Assembly (NCBI GenBank): GCA_004431415.1
Contig: QPMI01000661.1
Location: forward strand, 1-33,116
Source: Cyanophora paradoxa CCMP329
Taxonomy: Eukaryota; Plantae; Glaucophyta
DNA length: 33,116 nt
Direction of reading: 5' to 3'
In this document: piece by piece, positions 1 through 10,541 of the stretch
Position numbering within the stretch: position 1 is the first letter of the stretch
How the letters are laid out: every line of letters begins with the position of its first letter
Program-made: the position numbers and the translations under genes
The notes under the pieces: model-generated
What the model saw: only the letters and a program-made list of their open reading frames with translations
Databases searched by the model: none
Told to the model about the DNA's origin: nothing

Positions 1-43
1 CCCCCGCCCCTCGAGGCTCCACCCTGACCGCCGCCGACCGCGC

Positions 44-415
44 GGCGGGCGCCTGCGGAACGCGGACCCGGGGAAGGTCTCGGGGCGCGCCAAGGCGCGC
101 GGCGTCTCCCAGATCGGCACCCTCGGGGCCGGCAACCACTACGCCGAGATACAGGCCCGCCCCCGCCCCGCCCCGCCCCGCCCCCTCGCCTCGTCTCCCG
201 CCTGACGTGCGTCGCTCGCCTGCAGTTCGTGGACGAGATTTTTGACGAGGCGGCGGCGCGCGCGATGGGCATCACCTTCGTCGGCCAGGCCCGCCCGCGC
301 CGCCCCTCCCCCGCGAGCCGACCCGTCGGCTGAGCGGGGGCGGCGCAGGTGGTGGTCATGCTGCAACTGCGGCTCCCGCGGCCTCGGGCACCAGGTCGCC
401 ACCGACGCCCTCCAG
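44..415 (+). CDS. rtcB: Host RNA-splicing ligase RtcB, partial; exons ~44-154, 226-288, 349-415
   Basis: Spliced translation [37 protein letters not shown]|[21 protein letters not shown]|VVVML(H)[16 protein letters not shown] carries the RtcB motifs GTLGxGNHY and [10 protein letters not shown]. One extra A at ~365 shifts exon 3. The 5' boundary of the first exon is approximate. Confidence 0.93.
155..225 (+). other. Spliceosomal intron, GC-AG type (71 nt)
   Basis: Donor CAG|GCCCG, CCCCG repeats, branch-like CTGAC at ~202, acceptor TGCAG. Removal restores the RtcB frame. Confidence 0.88.
289..348 (+). other. Spliceosomal intron, GC-AG type (60 nt)
   Basis: Donor CAG|GCCCG, CTGAG branch-like site, acceptor CGCAG. 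Removal joins GQ to VVVM, colinear with RtcB. Confidence 0.88.
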
Positions 416-730
416 GCCCGCCCGCCGTCCCCCCGCCCCCCGCGGCTGGGGCCCCGGCGAGAAAAAAAATGAGATAATGGGGATTCCAGCCCACCCCCCT
501 CTTTCTCACCCCCACCCCTCCGATTCCACCAAAACACCCACTCCAACGCCTTCCCAACCACCACTTCCAGACACACTCTCACAACGTCTACCACCCCCAC
601 CTCTCCAAGCCAACCAAACAGCATCCGCTAGGTAGTATCTAACGTCTAGTCCGATCGATTTGCAAAAGATATAGCAGTGCTTTTAGGCGGACCCCCAAAG
701 CGCCGGTCTCAGAATAATCTTCAGATACAG

Positions 731-875
731 CTAGACGTTAATTTGTGTACTTTGAATCTAACAGAGAAAACACGTTTAGCTCAATTCTAGACGATATTAA
801 TGAGTACAATGAAGCTAACAGAGGAAACACGTTTAGCTCAATTCTAGACGTTAATTGTGTGTACTTTGAATCTAA
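731..875 (+). repeat. Subterminal ~57-bp imperfect tandem repeat
   Basis: CTAACAGAG(A/G)AAACACGTTTAGCTCAATTCTAGACG at 758-793 and 815-850. CTAGACGTTAATT..TGTACTTTGAATCTAA at 731 and 844. Confidence 0.8.
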
Positions 876-969
876 AAAACAAAGAGGTTTCAAGGGTTAA
901 GCTACACGTAATTACTATATCATCGGAATCTAATTACATACTCGAGTTCAGGTTCTAGCTAGACGCTAA

Positions 970-1650
970 TTATTCCCACCGATGACGTAGTCCAAGTTTA
1001 GTGAATCCACTTAACATTGGTTTGTATTCGATCGACGGCCCGACAGGATCAGCGCTGCTAGAGGCGATGCGCAAGATCGATGTGTTTGCTACAGGTAATT
1101 CGCTAGCATTCTCATCCACCTCGGGGATTGCGACGATCGTCTTAGCAGGAACAGCAGATGATGGAGGAGAAAGCTTTTTTTCAATTTTGGTCTTAACAAT
1201 CGGTTCGTTTAAAATCTTGTTTTCCATTTTAGTCTCAACCGCTATACCAGCAATAAGATCACAGCACGCTTCTTTGAAATTGTTTTTCAACCCAGTCACT
1301 GTTTTAATGAAATATCTGCTGCGATTACCAGTCTCAGATACATACAGCGGACCATCGTCAGTATCTTTAAGTTTACTAGTTTTGCTTTTCTTAGTCCGCG
1401 AATTTGGGATCTTATCTAGAATAGCGTTTTCGTCAGCAGTAAGAGCAAAATCGATAGATGCTCCCTCACCACCAGCAGTCCGACGAACTAAAGGATACGA
1501 TTCAGTATCACCACTCAAAAATTCAATATTATTCTTTTTATTGGGTGAGTTTGTAAGTTTTCTAGAAGCTGCGCCTAAGAGCCACTTGTGCTCCGCACCA
1601 TTTGTTTTAAATAAGGAACAGAAAAAAGTCGACAGACAAGCCAAGCGCAT
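970..1650 (-). CDS. Hypothetical protein (basic, hydrophilic)
   Basis: 226-aa ORF co-oriented with and directly downstream of the penton gene. No recognised motif; start uncertain. Confidence 0.4.
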   Translation of the reverse strand: MRLACLSTFFCSLFKTNGAEHKWLLGAASRKLTNSPNKKNNIEFLSGDTESYPLVRRTAGGEGASIDFALTADENAILDKIPNSRTKKSKTSKLKDTDDGPLYVSETGNRSRYFIKTVTGLKNNFKEACCDLIAGIAVETKMENKILNEPIVKTKIEKKLSPPSSAVPAKTIVAIPEVDENASELPVANTSILRIASSSADPVGPSIEYKPMLSGFTKLGLRHRWE

Positions 1651-1664
1651 TCGCGAAAGTGAAA

Positions 1665-2533
1665 TTAAGCAAAACTGCGATCAAACGGATGAAACTCACT
1701 ATCTGTGTTTCTGATTGACGAGCGAAGTGATGCCTTTGTGTATGAAGAATCTTCAATTTCGAACTCGATAACGAATGAGAATTCAGTGTTAATAGCTGCA
1801 GTAAATCCATTAAAATAACGTATTGACATCAAGTTGCTCTAACTCAGAATTATGATCGACGGAAACAGGAACACGTTCATCAGATGTATATTTGATTAAG
1901 CTCTCCAAATTTTCGCATCGATATGAATCTTTGCCAACGATGTGTTTGACCAGTTATTTATTGTTGAATCGAACCACGAATCTGATCGATATGTAGAAGA
2001 GATAAGTATGGTAAAGAAGATCAACAGGTATATCGCCAACGATAGCAAACGCATAATCAACAGCATCAACTGTGATTGGAGTATCCAGCTGTTCTGCGGA
2101 ATCTGTAACAGCCTTTGTGAATCGAGCAGATTTGCGAGTTCAAGAGTGGAAACGTTAGAGTAAACTCCGATTCACACAAGATGGTGATTTTCATTGACAC
2201 ATCATCAAAAACTGTTAAGAACTTTCGCTGGTAGTACTCCCAAATAACTGTATTGTTGCGTTTTCAAAAGACATTCATGTAATTCGTAAGAGATGTTTGG
2301 TGTGTATGATCCAGCTCGAAATAGGTTCGATCTGGTTTTAATGACGTTGCTAGGATCGAGCGTAATGGTTGTTATTGAAGCATCAGCAGCAAGATTATAC
2401 ATATTATGAAAAAGTTCTAGCGATCAATTCTAGCCGACTTCACGTTTGCTAACGCCCGAGGTAGATTAATTTTGAAATTCGAGGACGTGCCTTCGAACCG
2501 ATCTCTAGAATCAACATTTACGCGGAGTTTCAT
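1665..2533 (-). pseudogene. Minor capsid protein (penton, single jelly-roll), frameshifted
   Basis: Manual translation gives N-term VNVDSRDRFEGTSSNFKINLPRALANVKSAR and C-term LAKIHIDAK..GELIKY...INTEFSFVIEFEI...FHPFDRSFA*. These match the pentons at 20199-21131 (VNIDSRDR..., NSFQLEFIE) and 21140-22169 (ends LHPSYPVITSFA*). Confidence 0.75.
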
Positions 2534-2577
2534 CTTTACAACAATATACGTGAAAATATTCTGTAATATAATATCAA

Positions 2578-3795
2578 ATGGCGCAAGCAGGAACTACTCT
2601 GAAAAGAGCTCCTAACAACCAAAGGATCGAACGAGCTATATCTATCACAGGTCTAACTGTCGTGTTAGTCCAAAGTTTAAGCCTTTCCTTGAGACGATCC
2701 GTCCGCGATGGTAACTCATACGGATCGCACAAACTGCCGCTTTCGACCTTCCGCGCAAGCAACTTCTAAACGGTGTTTCCCTATATTTTAAGTCACAGTC
2801 GCTGGTGGAGCTGCCGCTCAGTACTACAAATGGAGCTGTGCATTTATTGAAAACGTACGCTTTGTTCATGATCCTTCAAGATGGTGATACCTGGAGATTG
2901 GTTAACTGTGAACGCGCTAATCGATAATAGCGTCTGCATCTGCCAAGCTTTTGCTAGCAGCTACGGATTTGGAAAAGACGCTGCTCTAGAGATTCTCGAT
3001 GCTAGCCGTGAGTATGTACTGAAGATCCCCTCCCAACTCTGGGACAATTCCTACTTTCCTCTGCTAGCATTGGCTGACATGCCCACCGTCGAAATCGACT
3101 TCCGTTCGGCTGTTGTGGTTGGAACCGTCGCTAGTGCTGTTGCAACTCTAACGGATTGTGCGCTTGTCTGCCAGTTCGTGAACATCCCTAGCGAAGAGGC
3201 TGAGTCTATGCTTAATCGGCAAACGAGAGCGGTGGTATTCGTATTCCTTTACCGAGATTATTTCAAAGCGCTCGAGGCAGTTAAAGACTGACGATGCGGG
3301 TAATGCAGTAGAATATCCCTTGCCAACGTCAGCGGCCTTGTGCACGCGATCTGATGACAGTTGCGTAATGCGAATCACCTGGGCACTCACAATCACAATT
3401 CATTTGCTGCAACGAAATGCGCTTAAAATCGATTCATTTGAGATCATGCACAACAACCGAACTCTCGACATCAGCAATAAGCCCATCTCTGGTTTTGTAT
3501 CGTCATGCTATCACATCCCAAACAATACCGCGGCGCAACCACTGGTAATTCAGCCCTAGGTTTCGAGGATGGAAACGTCTATGGAATTGTGCTTTCGAAA
3601 TCTGGAAAGGATTCGCTACATAACGCTGTTCTTGGTTATACCGATTTCTTCAATTCCAGTAGCAGCTATTGCTCCCTCACAGTTACAGGTTGTACAAAAC
3701 ACCGCACCAGCTGTCGTTGATTTCCATGTCCTACGCACAATGTTCTAGTCATAAATTCGTATCAAATGTCTACTCTAAAAGTAAGTAACTTCTAG
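2578..3795 (+). pseudogene. Major capsid protein (double jelly-roll), several frameshifts
   Basis: Fragments align by eye with the MCP at 22223: YVLKIPSQLWDNSYFPLLAL vs FFVEIPVPWLNHYLPLGAL, and LGYTDFFNSSSSY vs SGFVDLTNSSSSF. Same position upstream of the ATPase. Confidence 0.75.
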
Positions 3796-4480
3796 ATGGA
3801 TATTAAATTGTTTGATCGACGGAAATAAAACTTCCTAAACGGTTCTTGTTTGTCGGCCCCACCAACTCGGGCAAAAGCACCTACGTAAAACACGTATTAA
3901 ATGCAGTATCAAATCAACTAGACGATATTTACGTCTTTAGTACAACAGCATTTACTGGACAGTGGGATGATACGACTCGCAAGAGCAATATTTACGAAGA
4001 ATGGATCCGGTTTCGGTTGAGAGTCTTCTAGAGCGTCAAAAAAGAAAGACGACGCAAGAAAGATGAGCGCAAGATTGGCAATCGTTCTAGATGATTTGCT
4101 CGATAATGACCTAGTAAACGTCCACAGCGATCGATTAATGCAAAAGCTCTTCACATCGGGCCGTCATTATAACATGAGCCTTTTATCACGACGCAACGCC
4201 TTTGTGGCATCAGTCCAACGATACGAAGGAATTGCGAATATGTGTGCTTTTCGTCGATTCTCTCGAATATCAAAGAGTTCGATTGCGTCTTTGCCGAATA
4301 CAACGCCGGAGCGAATCGAAGCAGTTTTAACGCGTCTTTTCCTTGAATGGGTCACAGCTATCAGGTTTTGATATTTGAAGCCGTGAGCGCGGACCGCGTC
4401 TACTCTGTTGATAAATCTTCTGGAGATTTTTCGGCTCTATCAAAGTTTTTACACGTAAAAAAGCGGCGCGATCAAAATCC
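3796..4480 (+). pseudogene. A32/FtsK-like DNA packaging ATPase, frameshifted
   Basis: Walker A GPTNSGKS, Walker B AIVLDD and the KLFTSGRHYNMS arginine motif, spread over shifted frames. The 3' end is approximate. Confidence 0.88.
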
Positions 4481-4704
4481 GGTAACCAATCCTGTCTAAG
4501 CAACCAAGCTGTATACTCTGGTTTAGCTGAGGCAATCCACAATATGAGGATCCTTTGTAAATGCCAAACGAAATAAGATGACTTGGTGAAAGTTGTGATC
4601 TACCGGCCAATAGTCTTCTAGATTCAAATCTTCTTCAATATCCATCAAAAAATAGTCGGCAGACAACCTGCCTCGGCTGCGCCCACGGGTGTTATTCCCT
4701 TCAA

Positions 4705-5238
4705 TTAAACCTGTGGAAAGTTCAGACGCAAGAACGGCTTGTCTACCTCAGAAGTATGTTCGAGAACGTAAGCATCGCGGGCTTTAGCAGCAGCTTCAGC
4801 AGTAGTAAAGTATCCGATGTTCTTATTGCGACCATTTATCCGATATCGCGCCTCCCATTTTCCACGCTGCTGATGGAACGATACACCAATGAAACCTGAT
4901 GTGTTATTTTGCCGCCGGTTTTGGTTCAGTTGTTGCTGCCGCTTTGTTGCAAGTCGAAGATTTTCGCGACGATTGTCAAGCTTGTTCAGATTTATATGAT
5001 CAACTGTCAAACCATTCTCCAACTCACCGCTGATGAAATTATGCAAATACACGGTCTTTCCATTGATCATGGTTTGAGCATATCCACTATGTAAACTCCA
5101 GCGAAATCCAAGAACGCGCTCAGCGTCATCCTGTGAAACAAGAGCGTAGGCGACAACGACTCCATATCGACCATTGCGGTGACCAGTAATTGGAATCAAC
5201 GCAACACCTTCAGGAACATCTGGAATTGCGACCTCCAT
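4705..5238 (-). CDS. HNH endonuclease with C-terminal AP2 DNA-binding domain
   Basis: LHNFI...TVDHINLNKLDNRRENLR (HNH_3), followed by NTSGFIGVS..KWEARY..IGYFTTAEAAAKARD (AP2). Intact ORF. Confidence 0.92.
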   Translation of the reverse strand: MEVAIPDVPEGVALIPITGHRNGRYGVVVAYALVSQDDAERVLGFRWSLHSGYAQTMINGKTVYLHNFISGELENGLTVDHINLNKLDNRRENLRLATKRQQQLNQNRRQNNTSGFIGVSFHQQRGKWEARYRINGRNKNIGYFTTAEAAAKARDAYVLEHTSEVDKPFLRLNFPQV

Positions 5239-5349
5239 GTCTCTTCTTTTTCGTTACATTTACAGATTACATTATCTTTAAGCCTAAAAAGTCGCGCTAA
5301 TTTGTTATAAAAGGATTTATGTCTCATATTATTGAGAGATAAGCGAACA

Positions 5350-5658
5350 ATGAGTTCTGCAGATTATACTGCTGTAAAGCGTAGCCGTGGACGTCCGCCA
5401 AAGGTTCGTCTTTTGACAATGGATTCATATGAACCAAAGAAGAAGGGTCGTAAGCCGATAGAGGTAACACCGGAGATTTTAGCAGAGCGACGCAGAAAGA
5501 ATGCTGAACGGAATCGTAAACTACGTCATACGAACGAAACATATCGTTTGAAACAGCTTGCCATCACAGCAAAATATCGAGCTGAAAATCCTGATCGTAT
5601 TCGGGAGTACCACAGAAATGCTATTTCGCGTAGATGTCTTGCTATAGACGTTGCTTAG
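5350..5658 (+). CDS. Small basic putative DNA-binding protein with AT-hook-like motif
   Basis: RGRPPK and KGRKP motifs, then an R/K-rich helix. Divergent from the HNH gene. Confidence 0.6.
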   Translation: MSSADYTAVKRSRGRPPKVRLLTMDSYEPKKKGRKPIEVTPEILAERRRKNAERNRKLRHTNETYRLKQLAITAKYRAENPDRIREYHRNAISRRCLAIDVA

Positions 5659-6567
5659 CACCAAGTATAAGCTTTGGCTCTCCTGCAATCTCAAGCTTCT
5701 TGAGCTCTCGATACTGCCGGCTTTGGCCGCTGTATTTTTTCGTTTCGATCAATCCCTCGCGTCTCAATCGTCTCTGCTGTCGCATTTTCACTTCTTGCGC
5801 AGCGAGCTGCTTGTCTGCGACTTTTTCGATTCGTGTTTGAGGTGCAAGCTTACGCGGTTGACGTATTTCCGATGGTTTAACACGTCTAGAAATTTCCACA
5901 CCCTGTTTCGTAACGAGTCGAACACGGTTCTTGTCTGCGCCAGCAACTATGTACGTCTCCTTGCTTGACTTTGTGGTTCCCTTCGCAAAAACGCTTGGCT
6001 TCGGCTCCAGGACTTGCACTTCGGTCCCTGTGCGCGGTATGTTCGAATTGTCTCGTTCAATATCGTTCTGTCGCTGTCTAACATGATGCAGCTGCTCGGC
6101 TACCTGTGTATTTTCACGCATCCACGTTGGTGATCGATCTCCACCAAATGCATTGTGTGCTGTTTCATTGTACGCCTTCAAAATCGCAGGCAAGCGTGAG
6201 AGGAAATGCGGGGAGCCGCGTGCCTCTGTGTCGGCCTGGATCAATGCTCGCAATGTCCTAGCGAACCTGTCGATAATTCCAAGTTTGTTACCTTTAGAAA
6301 TGTGGTCATCTTTGGCAACATCAGTGTGCATTTTCAACGAGTTCTCTTCAGCCATTGCCCGAATTGCTGCTGTGTTGAAGCCGTTGTCTCCTGAAAAGCC
6401 CCATATTCCAGGTAGCTGCTCGATCATTTTTGGAAGCTGCTTAAAGTCTCGAGCTTACGGACCACAGCGAAACGGGTTGCAATCTCGACCGCTGCGAACA
6501 GGCGAAATCTCCCAATGAACAGCACGTCAATTTGCCACGCACCCGGTGGCGCAGTAATCTGGTACAT
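5642..6567 (-). CDS. Retroviral-type (rve) integrase, one frameshift at ~6430
   Basis: MYQITAPPGAWQIDVLF..AAVEIATRFAVVRKL (first D), FSGDNGF (second D), KLGIIDRFARTLR (D at the usual E position), AYNETAHNAFGGDRSP, and an SH3-like GTEVQV..YIV C-terminus. Confidence 0.85.
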
Positions 6568-6576
6568 CTTTGTAAA

Positions 6577-8698
6577 TCAGGCGCGATTTTTATAATGTCC
6601 AATCGCTAGGGTGTTGATCCCGTCAGTCTCGAGGAAGCGTTTGGTATCAAGGGGATGGAGAGCCTGACGCGAGGTTCGTTGTAAATAAATCTCATGTCGT
6701 TTCGAGCGGAAACCGAGAATTCCTTTGATGTCATACGATTGCTTTTCTCCCTCTTTAGGACAGACGCACCGGAGGAATACATCCCGTGTGAGTCTGTTGT
6801 AGTACGTTTTTTGAATACCTTGCATACCTGTTTATCGTTGAATCTTCACGTGAATAATAGTAAGATTTCGGCCGGTTAGCGATCCACTCTGTCATTTGCA
6901 TACCATGTAGCTCATCTTTGAATAGTCCAGGAGTTTTGCTCATTAATCTTAGAGCATTTATTTCTCCATTGCTTAAACCTGCAAATAGCCTGTGTCCTCT
7001 CGGATATTCACTCACATCAAGCTCGTATCTGATCGATCGTAAATCCACATAGATATCCTTGGTTTTTACTTCAATAATAAGGCTGTCCGTATCAGTTCCA
7101 AGTAGCTTTAACGCTGACCCCAAAGCGGCTTGAGCATCTGGTAGTAAAAGCGGTACATGTGCAGTTTTGATAATTCGAGGATAACAAATCCGCAGTATAT
7201 AGGTTTATTAAGATTATACTCACTTTTACGCTTGGAAACAAATACGAGATTCTCTTCATATTTAACTACCTGTTTTAAACGATTAGGCTCACTGTTTATC
7301 TTTGCCAAACGATCACCAGATGTAACAAGCTCAGAGAAACAGTGTTTTCTCACGTTCTCCATCGTCTTTCCGAATACACTGTTATTCATTAACTTGAAGA
7401 GATCCTGTTTGTATTTGTGATCAGCACGCTTGCGTTCACTTGTATTTAGATCGATGAAATCGTTCAGCCATGCACTTTGTTCGTACGATAAAACTCGATG
7501 GATGTTGGTTACTATCATTCCCAGTGTTGTATAAAGCTTAAGCAAACGCCCATCAACAACATAATTCTTCTTTGGCAACAGGTTTGGAACCAATTTTGGG
7601 GTTCGTTCGACTGAAGTAAGCTTTTCTTTGTTAATCATATCCTGCTGTTGCTTCGATAGATGATCCATGGACACGCACATTCGTTCAGGAGCCAGTGGAT
7701 AATCTGAGAACTCATCGTGGAGATGGTCAGACATGTACATATCAACTTCGAGAGCATAGCCACGAGGACCATCAGCGTCAAGGTTTCCAACGAACTGCAT
7801 AGCATCAACATCTTGATCGAGTTTTTCCCAGCGGAAACCTCCAGTGGGGAGTTTCTGTTTCATAGCAACGCCATACAGATTATTCGCATCAAGGTACATC
7901 AGCCATGATTCATTGCCTGTTTTTTCGTAATTTTGCACACATTCAATCTGGGTTGTTGATTCATCAGCATGCGTATATTTTCCAAATTTCTTTAAAATTG
8001 CCGCTGCTTTTGCCGCTTTCTTTTATTCTTTGCAATCACTCTTGAACTCATGTATTTTACGTGTTTCAGGAACTCGTTATTAGCTTTAGCATATCTCTTT
8101 GATATCATACTGATACCTCCCTGATTCCTGATTCTATAAATCTGTACATATCCTGCTGTCCTCGTGAAAGAGCTCAAGCTTAACGCCTGTGCGTTTAAGA
8201 GCAGCCTGCCAAGCGAATCCTGGGGATGACATGAAATAGCTTGGATCTAAGCTATACGTTTCAATACATGTATCGCGATAGTTTTCGAACACGTCTGCTA
8301 GTAACGTGATATCTGTCATCATATACTCCATTGTATAGTCTGATATCGTTCTGCAGCCGAGCTCTCGCCAAACATCCTTGGCATGCGCGTATTCATCTTT
8401 CGAGCATTTCTTCTGTTTAAGTTGATTTTTGAAATAACAACGTGCAGGTAGTTCAATCTCTTGTAAACGTTGCCAGCTTGATATATAGCTATATGGATAT
8501 ATTCCCTTGCTTGTCATCAACTCGAATCTAGTATCATCCGGATACATTGTGCGTGTGATCTTCTTCTTTTCCGCGGGAACCGCTTTCGCTAGATCATCCA
8601 AACTAGCATTCAAATGTTGCATCGAATCCCGAAGTACATAAATTCCGTACTTAAACTGTGATATCTTCTCGCTATTCTGAAAGGTCTGATCAAATTTG
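6577..8698 (-). pseudogene. polB: Protein-primed family B DNA polymerase, 5'-truncated and frameshifted
   Basis: KGIYPYSY, YMMTDITLLADVFENYR (Exo III), LDPSYFMSSPGFAW, GGISMISKRY, YLDANNLYG, KLMNNSVFGKT, GTDTDSL. Homology stops upstream of QNSEKISQF..LRDS at ~8690. Confidence 0.92.
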
Positions 8699-8982
8699 AC
8701 ACATAGTAAAATGCGGAGTTTTAACCCTCGGCTTAATCTTAATTGATTTTGTTGATATATCTCGTATATTCTATTTCAATCAATCGATAATCTGTGTATA
8801 TCTTATCGAATATTCATTTATTTCGATTATTTTGTATTCTTTTCGATATTTTATCGTAAATTTCTCTTATTTTCCGATTAGTCTTACTGAGTTAATCGAT
8901 AATCTGTATATATTTCCGAATAATATAACTGAATCTCAATTAGATCTTGCCTCTGGTTAAAACTCCGCATTTTACTATGTGT
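8699..8982. repeat. Perfect 28-bp inverted repeat flanking a 228-bp AT-rich spacer
   Basis: ACACATAGTAAAATGCGGAGTTTTAACC (8699-8726) and its exact reverse complement (8955-8982). Confidence 0.92.
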
Positions 8983-9232
8983 GATTGGTCTGTTTGTTAA
9001 TTGATTTAATCGATATTATATTCATGTACTTTCTCGATTAAATTTAATTAAATTTAATTCATTTAATCGGAAATATATCGCTAAACTCGATTAAGATCCA
9101 TAAATGATTCATTTGTTAAATAAACAAATCGATCTCTTATTGAATCCAATCGTAATTATACATGAAACTTATATGTTTTTATCATGTTTTAATGATTCTA
9201 AGGGGGGACCCTTAGGATTTTTGAAATAATTG

Positions 9233-9353
9233 GGTGTGACAGGTGTGACAGGTGTGACAGGTCCATCCCAAGGAAAGTCCTAGTGAGAAATTGATTTTGA
9301 AAATCCACGGGATAGACCTGTCACACCTGTCACACAAACCATATTCAGTAAGG
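9233..9353. repeat. Iteron hairpin, copy 1 (putative replication origin)
   Basis: (GGTGTGACA)x3-GGTCCATCCC-39 bp-GGGATAGACC-TGTCACACC-TGTCACAC-AAACCATATTCAGTAAGG. 27-bp stem with one mismatch. The origin role is inferred. Confidence 0.85.
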
Positions 9354-9826
9354 ACCTCATATATTGGTAAAATCTCAGTGTTAGTTGGTGTAGTTGATTC
9401 AAAAAATGCATTTATACTCTGATTCATTGTTATTTCCTGTGAAATTTGAGTCAACTCAACCCACTTAGTCAACCCTTGCATTGAATTCGTAACAAAATCC
9501 ATATACTTTTACTACTTTTACGATTAATATGAGTCAACCTTGAGTCCACTTAAATATAAATATTATATAATAGGGGGAATCAAGGGGAGATGCTGAGTGT
9601 TATTGTAAGGAAATCGAATAGTATTCGAAATACTTGACATTGCTTAATGTAGGGTGCATTCATATTTCGGCTACATCATACAGTAGAATTCTATTGTAAC
9701 AAAAGCTACTGTAGAAAGAAAATCATTGTAGAAAGCTATTGTAGGAAAGGATATATTATATCCTTTTTTAACGATTGCCATTGTAATAAAAAAGGTAAAT
9801 TACCCTGTTTATCATTATAGAAACCA

Positions 9827-10223
9827 TCAAAACGGGAATCTATCATGTTTATGTCTCTCAGTCTTCTCAAATGTTAAGAAATTCATTGTTTTATCGATCT
9901 CATCTGCAACTGCTTGTGTTTTATGCTGAGCTTCTTTACCACAACTGAATATATCAATTGCTAACATGCCTTCATTGGAATAACAATGAGCTGTGCAATG
10001 GCTTTCATCTAATAGCAGAACCAATGCAAAACCAGGAGGTGATAGTTTGCCATCAAATATCTCACAATGCTTATGAACAATCCTAATACCTTGTCTCAAT
10101 ACTGCTTGTTCAAGGTTCCATAATCCAATTACCTAGGAAGCTAACATGCTCATAACCTGTTGCTATAGCTGATTTAGCCTTGTAATCAAGCATAACATGA
10201 AAGCCTCTGTATTTAGTCTCCAT
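9827..10223 (-). CDS. S-adenosylmethionine decarboxylase proenzyme (short prokaryotic-type family), one frameshift
   Basis: N-term GFHVMLDY. PPGFALVLLLDESHCTAHCY..GMLAIDIFSCG contains the ESH self-cleavage site and the DxFxCG motif. Confidence 0.85.
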
Positions 10224-10246
10224 TAAGAATACCTTAGAAAAATTAA

Positions 10247-10519
10247 CTAGTCAAACCTAATGCAAATATCCCTATACTCTACTCTGATTGATGAAGTAGC
10301 TCTTTTCCTGTGTGCTTGACTCTTTCTTTTGTTACAGTCCCTGCAACCTGATCCCTTCACATGATTAAAGGGATAGGTAAGGATCACCTTATTACACTGC
10401 AAACATCTCACAGATACTTTCTCTTGAGCTTTGATGTAATGTGTCTCACTGTAATCGAATTTATCTTTACCATGAACTGTCATAGCAGCATCAATAAACT
10501 TTTTTGTTTTACTATCCAT
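10247..10519 (-). CDS. DUF723-like zinc-ribbon protein
   Basis: FIDAA..VHG.KFDYS..YIKAQEKVSVRC..C...PFNHVKGSGCRDC pattern, seen in viral endonuclease-associated repeats. Confidence 0.7.
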   Translation of the reverse strand: MDSKTKKFIDAAMTVHGKDKFDYSETHYIKAQEKVSVRCLQCNKVILTYPFNHVKGSGCRDCNKRKSQAHRKRATSSIRVEYRDICIRFD

Positions 10520-10541
10520 ACTCTATATATAACCAATATTC

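Larger units (their letters stand above)
460..8698. mobile_element. Element A: endogenous Polinton-like virus (left part), inserted in an rtcB intron
   Basis: Abrupt GC drop at 460, starting with AG (typical Polinton 5' terminus), 44 nt into the intron that begins at 416. Contains penton, MCP, ATPase, integrase and pPolB. The right end is not in the window. Confidence 0.85.

Noticed and set aside
139-624. ORFs 139-624(-) and 242-472(+)
   Set aside because: By-products of GC-rich host sequence. The spliced RtcB reading explains the region, and the ORFs cross the insertion junction.
1001-1714. 237-aa hydrophobic + strand ORF
   Set aside because: Looks like the antisense shadow of the lysine-rich minus-strand ORF. 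No ATG start and no motif.
9212-9502. 96-aa ORF with CHTCHTCHT / CDRCDR, resembling a heme- or metal-binding protein
   Set aside because: The Cys pattern is simply the translation of the 9-bp iterons, which recur non-coding at 26089.
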